Origin: the human T2T-CHM13v2.0 reference genome, Homo sapiens
Reading direction: 5' to 3' (one strand)
Assembly: GCF_009914755.1 (NCBI RefSeq)
Contig: NC_060925.1
DNA length: 64,000 bases
Part shown: piece after piece, positions 57,181-64,000 of the stretch
Numbering within the stretch: the stretch's first letter is position 1
Layout of the letters: every line of letters starts with the position of its first letter
Program-made: the position numbers and the translations under genes
Notes under the pieces: generated by a model
What the model saw: only the letters and a program-made list of their open reading frames with translations
Databases searched by the model: none
What the model was told of the DNA's origin: nothing

Positions 57181-58389
57181 GACTGACAGGAAAATAGTAA
57201 AGACAGTGGGCATTCAATTCAATAATTTCAGTTGTACAGTATTCAGCGAGCACCTACTCTATGCAAAGCACCATGCTAGGCATTGCAGGGCGGAAAACGC
57301 TAAGAAACAAAAGAATTTCAAGATAATTAGGTATGTGTGTGCATGGTTTTTAACAAAATAATAATAAGCATAAAAAGAAAATAATCCAGTTGATGAGAAA
57401 AGAAGAAAAGACTGACAAGAGGACCGCTGTGGCTACTTGAAGAGAAATATCACACTTGAAGAGAAATATTTTAAATATTAAAACATATAAATAAAAAGTA
57501 AAGGAAATTATTACAAGGCTCAGAGAAAGAATAGTTTGAGCAGCTGAGACAAGGTTAAAGGTTAGTCTTAAAACTTTACCACTTGTTTAAAATCAGAGCA
57601 TTATAGGTTTTTATTCTCTTTACTAAAAACAGAACTATGGGAGAATGAGATTAATAAGAATATCTTGATACTATGAATGTTTAAACACAACACAAGCAAA
57701 CACCAGTAGTTTCTGGAATCCCTAGCAATGGCCACTACCCACCCACACAAGGCCAGTCTACATGAAGGCTGGGAGCCCACTGAGGCAGCCTCAGAAATCA
57801 GCTAAGCTTAAAAGGCTATGCTCCAGGAAGATGTGAGAGGTCCCATCCACCGACTTTTAGAAACACAATTTCAACAGGGAAAAGCCATTTAGGGAAATGC
57901 CAGCCTTTATACCTGAAAAACCCAGATGGCAAATCCTTAATAATGCACTTTATGATTTAAAATCCTCCCATAAAAGACCAACTCTCCTTAAGTGAGATTT
58001 CAAGGCAGGCATCTACCCACTTCTTCTGGGACTTGATTCCCACACAAGAGCAAACAGCTTTCTGGGATTCCTGGTTTCCCTCCAAGCTGAGCTGGCACTG
58101 CTTGTGTATGCACAGGGCTGCTAGCAATCAGATAGGCCTATGCCCAGCCCTAGACTGCCCTGATTCTGGACACCCCTGATCCTGATCCTCTGCTATGGGG
58201 AGCCTGCTACATGTATGCAGGTGGGCTACAACAGGGAAGAGAGGCTCAATGGTTTTTCCCCCAGCTCTGCATTAACCTCGAGGGTTCCATCTGCCTCCCC
58301 TCACCTTCACCACGCTATTCTCTCTCCCCCTACCTCTCCTAAATGATGCTGAGCCAAAGGAGAAGAAAGCAGCACATCTCTCTACTTAC

Positions 58390-58779
58390 TGAGGGGGAGG
58401 ACTATGATGGGGATGTTCTTGGGACGCTTGCTCTCCTTATCAATGAATTCCCCGGTCACGGTTTTCTCTCGCTCAGTCACCCGGCAGTTGTATTTCCCGC
58501 TATCTTCCTGGCGGAGGTGGTAGATCTTCAGCACAAAGACACTGTCGCTCTCTTTGGCCACCTTAAGCTGTCCCCTGGCTTCCCGGTGAGCAAATTCGCT
58601 GTTGAGGACAGGCACAGCGTTAGGACCCATGGTGGCGATGAGCGAGCTGTTGAAGGCCCAGGAGACAGCAAAGTAACGGTCGGGAACATTCTGAGCCTCC
58701 AGGATGCATCTGAACTCCACCGGCTCGCCCACCGTGTGCAGCCGCTTCTCTGTCTCCAGCCGAACAGTGAATTCTTTGT
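58390..58779 (-). CDS. IGSF3: IGSF3 Ig-V domain exon (DKEFTVRLETEK...IIVLPL)
   Basis: 390 nt, phase 1-1; VEFRC...W...DSGKYNCRV; upstream exons lie beyond the window. Confidence 0.96.
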
Positions 58780-59444
58780 CTGAGAGAACAAGTAAGAAAA
58801 GAGACACATCCTGGGTGAATGAGGGCCCCAGCCAACTAAACCACATTAGCACATTCCCACTATCCTTCCTCTTCTTTACAATACTAACTGCGGGGAGGAC
58901 CACAGCACTTAGCTTGAGAGTAAAATCCAACTCAGACCCAGGTTATCTAAGGTCCAGAGAAACGCCTGAATATCACAGAGAGAATTCAAAACTACTTCAG
59001 CCCAGACGGTCTAAGCAAACTGTTACCCCAGTTAAGACCAATGGGGCTCAGTCTGAAGCTTTAGATGTCTTAGATGAGACCCCCAGGTCAGTGAGAAGCT
59101 ACTAATATCACTCAAATGGTAGATTACAAATATCTAGCCTTGATATATGCACCCAGAACTCTATTTAAGCAACAGCATTATAAACATTTTCAGCAGATAT
59201 TGTAAGACTTACCCCACTGAGGTCTGTGGGAAAAAATTACAGAGTGGCCTAGGTGCTGGCCCAATCCTAACAAATGCTCAAAGATGACTATATTAAAATT
59301 CCCTCTCTACCCCCCGCCATGTGAATACTAGAAATAAGATGTAGGTATGACAAACCCTAACAGAATTACATAGAAAAAATAAAAACTAATGTCTGTTCAC
59401 TAGTTTACCACCTGTCAGATCAAATCTCTAGTCAGATTTCAATG

Positions 59445-59615
59445 GAAGTAGGTACTTTCCCAGTGAAGTACCTACTAAGTACTTACTTTAGTAGGAAAGT
59501 ACCTACTTTAGTGGGAAAGTACCTACTAAGTACTCACGCCTGGTTAAACCTTAGTAGGTACTTTCCCACTGAGTAAGTACTTAGTAGGTACTTTAGTAGG
59601 AAAAGTACCTACTTC
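59445..59615. repeat. Nested inverted-repeat cluster built from an AGTAGGTACT core (7 copies, both orientations)
   Basis: Perfect inverted pairs 59445-59458/59602-59615, 59466-59487/59572-59593 and 59510-59529/59551-59570. Confidence 0.9.
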
Positions 59616-59679
59616 TGCTGAAAGCCAGACAGCCTCTGAAATGATTACTAAACCCAAGCAGCCTCCTAAGATCTAGGTG

Positions 59680-59850
59680 TTTTTTTAATTTTTATTTATT
59701 TACTTATTTATTGTGACAGGGTCTCGTTCTGTTGCCCAGGCTGGAGTGTAGTGGCATGATCGTGGCTCACTGCAGCCTCGACTTCCCAGGCTCCAGCCAT
59801 CCTCCCACCTCAGCCTCCGGAGTAGCCACCATATCCAGCTAATTTTTGTT
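59680..59850 (-). mobile_element. Alu right-arm monomer (FRAM/AluJ fragment)
   Basis: (TTTA)n tail then gacagggtctcgttctgttgcccagg...cagctaattttt. Confidence 0.8.
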
Positions 59851-60899
59851 GAGTTGGGTGCTTAACCAGGCATGAGGGGGTGACCAAAGAGGGGCTCATT
59901 ACCACTAACAGCATCATCACAACCTGTGTACCAGTGTACAGTGGCTATTAATCTCATTAGACAGCTATCGTATCTCATAGGCACCCACGGCAGAAGTCAG
60001 GGGGAAGAAAACGGAGTTAAGGGTTAGAGACTGGAGCTGTGACCACTGCCCAGTTCTAGCTCTGTTCCTCTAAAAAGAACACCGAGGTGGAAAAAATCCC
60101 ATGGCAGAGACGTTTGAATTCCATGTAGATTCATTAGCTCTGACCTTGCCTGCCTTCCCTAGACTGGCATGTCTAGCCTTTCCCACTATCTTCAAGATCT
60201 TGCCCATTCATCCCGTCCTAGGCACTCTTCAAGCAGATGAGGTTTCTGTTTCCCCAAGAAAACATAAGAATCATGCATAAGCAGCATCCACATTCTTCTT
60301 TTCCAGCCCCAGCTCAGCTTTACCCCTCCCGCTCCTCAGGCTCTCCAGCCCCTCCCCCCGATATAGGCCAGTGTCCTGCTGCAAATACCCCTTCTTTCCA
60401 GTGACCTAACTACTTCCTCTAGCAGCCAAACTTCCTGACAGGGAAAACCACATCATCAACTCCAGGGCCTCCCCTCCAATGAAGTAGCTGCTGTCACAGC
60501 TTCTAGCTCCCAAGAGACCAGTCTTAAGAGGCATGGATTGAAGGAAGCACATTTCACTCTGCCACCATCTGCCTGGATGAACACACCCATATGGGACAGT
60601 CCCCGTGTTATCTGCTGGATATTATCTCTCAGGTCAACCCAGTTAGTCATTTATAACCCAACATCAATGACAGAAAAGCACTCCTTCCACATAAACACCA
60701 CTGGAGCTGTGCAAGGGGTACCCTAGACCTCAGACCTTTCCGTTGCTCCAGGTTAGCCTGGCTGTAACTCTGGCTTTCTTCTTTCGGCGGCCAAAGACTC
60801 TTCTCATCTCAAGGGAATCCCCCCATGCCTTGGTGACACCTTCATGTTCCCAGGTTGAAGACACAAGATTTACCCACATCACCCCCGTTTCTGCCCTTG

Positions 60900-62400
60900 G
60901 TTATGCCCAGTCAATTACATCTCTAGAAACTGACCTGTGCTTTTTCCAATACCCCTTCCACTTCATCTCACTGAAATTAGGCTTCACTGACTTAGCAAAT
61001 GTCACAAATGATCCACCCTACCCCTACCCCCATCCTAACCAAAGGCTTTCCTCAAGCAGGTTGAGGCCTCTGAGCCTGCTCCATGATCCCTTCTCTCCTG
61101 CTCTTCTTCTTGCTGGCCTGCCCACTCTGTTCCACTCTCTCACCTGCTTCTCTGGTCACCTCTTACTGCTGCTGTTCTCCCAGGTCCTTTCCCATTTTTA
61201 CCCCATGGGCTCTTCCAGGGCCCTGATCACTCTCAGGCTCGGTCTCTGAGCCCCAGACCCCTGTGTCTGAGGACCCACTGGGTGTTTCGCATACTGAGCA
61301 TCTCTATCAGAGTCTACCTGATGGATGGGCTCTTTCATTAGAATTTACAAAAACAAAAGGCAGCCAATGCTGCCACAAATGCAAAAGTCCCACATGTCCT
61401 CATTATTGTTCCTTCCCTCCCACAGTTCAAGGAACCCCCAGAGCCCCAGTCCTAGCCCCTGGACTTCTAGACAGTTGGACCCCTCCTTCCACTTGCTCTT
61501 TATTCTTTTGCCTCTGGCACCCACTGACCTAGCCTTAGCTCTTATTAGCTCTTTTCTACCTGGTCTCTTGGCTTCAGACTCAACAGATTTAATCAACCTC
61601 CAGGTGGCCTCCATGGGTTTTTCTTTCTGAAACCCTGATCTGATTGTGTTACTCCCTGCTTAAAAATCTCTACCTCCTCTCCAACTGTCTGCAGCAGAGG
61701 TTTTCAAACTTTATTAAGAAGAGGACAAAGGAAGGGGACTTTTTATTCATACAAAATCTTCTGCTGCCCAACATAGTTGAAGCAAGAGGGGACCACCCAG
61801 GCCCTCGCATGCCTTCTCCCTGCACTCCTGGGTGCACATACGTGCACATGAACACCAACACACACCCATGTCTAACCTCCTAGGCACCTTTGAGGGGCTT
61901 CCAGGGTTCCAAGAACAGCTTGAAAACTCTTGGCTCACAGAGTCAAGCCCCGGCTCTATATCACTGCATTTGGGGCTTCGGGGTCCCTTTCCTCTCTCAT
62001 CACACACATCTGGAACTCAACATCCGGAACTAGTCATACTTGACTCCTTTCTGCTTGGCAAACATATCAAACACTTTTGCACTTTTATGCTTCTCCTCCT
62101 GCTGACTCCTCAAGCTTCCAGACTCAGTTCAACTCAAGAAACTTATTGGTGTTCCTGGATTTGTCTTATCAACCATCCCATTCAGAGATAACTGTGGTTG
62201 CAAGAACACTTCCTATTTCCGGTATTCCCAGAGCACTCTATACAAATGCTATCAATGCACTTAGCACATTTTACTTGTCCATTGGTTCTCAGGTCTGCCT
62301 AAGTGCAGGGACCAGTGCTAGTCATCTTTGAAGCCCTTAATGCCTATCACCATCACACCTTCAATGCTGTGGAGACTGGCTACATGTTTACTGAAATAAA
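60900..62400 (+). mobile_element. Degraded L2 LINE (with small insertions)
   Basis: Pyrimidine-rich L2 motifs (gtcacaaatgat; tctgattgtgttactccctgcttaaaaatct; 3' end atgtttactgaaataaa). Confidence 0.6.
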
Positions 62401-64000
62401 CTAAGAAGGGTAGAGTTGGAGATGCAACTGCTGAACCTAAACAGCACAGGAATGCAGGGTGAAGTCATCAACTTTTTTTTCACTTAGTTTTCCTTTTGCT
62501 GGCTTAGTCTAGATACATTTTCAGGGTAAATTCAAAAAGTTCTAATTCCAAATTGGTAAGATTAAAATAAAGAAGATTAACTGATGCAACCTAATTTAAA
62601 AGCATTAAGACTCAAAATTTGGCCCAAATTTTTGAAGTTGATCTTAAAACTATCCAGGAAGGGAAAGGATAAATATAAAATAAAGCCCCTTGGATAGATT
62701 TTTTAATATTGAAAGATCCAGAAGCTGCTAAATGTCCTACAGAGCAGATAAAGTGCTCCCTATCCCTACCAACCCCTACGGTAAAAGATTTCACATCCAT
62801 TAGATGACTTATTAAAGTGATGTCCAGAGAATTGCTTCTGCCCTAGAAGCTTTGCTTGAAAAAAATGTAGATAGCAGAAGAACCACCTGGGAAGCGTGCC
62901 GGAAATCCAGCTTCCCAGGTCCCATCCCAGGAGCCTCCAATTGAAGACTTCTGGGACGAAGCCCCAAAATGTATACTGTTAGCTGAGTCTGAAGCATTAC
63001 TCTAGAATGGCAGAGAAAGTATGCAAAGACCCAGACAACTGACTGCAGCAAATGGAACAGGGAGCCCAAGAGACAGGTCCTGACGAAGGACCCCACCTGT
63101 ACTGCAACTCACCAGGTCATTTCCCACAAGCCACACTCACTCACCAGAACCACCACAGTCCTCACCAGAAGTGAGCTTCCGCACAAGGAAAGGCTTTCAG
63201 GCCACTCATCGCCAACTTAGTGATGGCACAACAACCATGCTCCAACCAAAGCTGGGGGATCTGAAGGCCCATGTGAGAACCTGCCCTCAGCCCAGCAGAG
63301 GCAGCCAGCAACAGCTGTCAGCTCTGGCCTGGAGCCTGGTGGGCTCAGGAGACTGGGGAGTAGAGTCTGGGGCCACAGGAGATACCAAGAGAAGCCAGGG
63401 AGGGTTTCAGCTGGCTGTGCCACCATCATTTTGCCTCAGCTCTAAAGACATCATGCAACCTCCTCAGGACCCCTTCCAGGCCTTCACTTAAGAAAACATC
63501 TACAGTGGAACTTGGTACTCTCAGACTGGCCTCATCAACATGCCCTATGACTCCTCTTGAGCCCCAACATAAAGTAATCTGCATTCAGCATCTTCACCTG
63601 CAAAATAGGAGTACTACCACCTACTCACCTCACAGAACGTCTGGGGGATGGTGAAGTAATATGTGATAAAGCATTTTGGAAATTAAAAAATATCACCAAA
63701 GACTATTATTAGATAAAAAATAATAATTTAAGCCAAAATTTCTCTAGTTCATAATGTTAGACCTTGGATGGAAGTCTCATTATCTCAAATGGCTTCTGCA
63801 AATGAAACCAGATGGGTACCTGAGGAAGGCAACATCATTAAACGGGGCAGCAACTGTGCCTAATGGGAATGAAAGCCCAGACTTTTAAGATACAAATGGT
63901 TTCTCAGAAATCTCCCAATTTTTAAAATGAGTTTCTAATTCAAAAAAGTATAAACACCATGTAGGTCAAAGAAAGCATGTCTCTAAGCAGGACTCAGTCT

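Noticed and set aside
59445-59615. CRISPR-like array or RBPJ paired site (GTGGGAA 59511 / TTCCCAC 59563)
   Set aside because: No constant repeat-spacer periodicity and the DNA is human; the 45-bp gap does not fit the 15-17 bp spacing of Notch sequence-paired sites

Overview
Human genomic DNA, recognised as the chr1p13 CD58/IGSF3 locus; both genes are on the minus strand. Bases ~24845-64000 hold the 3' half of IGSF3 (EWI-3): six phase-1 Ig-V domain exons, a 60-nt alternative exon, the TM/cytoplasmic last exon and a ~2.9 kb 3'UTR. About 3.4 kb further along the minus strand is the CD58 (LFA-3) CpG-island promoter and signal-peptide exon 1 (21351-21420). Bases 1-21350 are CD58 intron 1, a repeat-dense stretch containing a near-full-length Tigger1, the MADE1-derived MIR548AC hairpin nested in MER33, and a full-length THE1 (MaLR) provirus inserted into an AluJ. 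Most notable observations: (1) the IGSF3 60-nt cassette exon is the antisense strand of an ancient CR1/L3 LINE endonuclease remnant; (2) a ~170-nt scrambled nested-palindrome block at 59445-59615 that no repeat family I know explains; (3) a 53-bp tandem duplication in the CD58 promoter that doubles a GAS/STAT motif, next to a canonical NF-kB site; (4) both LTRs of the sense-oriented THE1 carry a broken poly(A) signal; (5) the geometry allows an in-frame IGSF3-to-CD58 read-through chimera. I see no evidence for a wholly new multi-gene system. Repeat boundaries and subfamilies are read by eye and are approximate.
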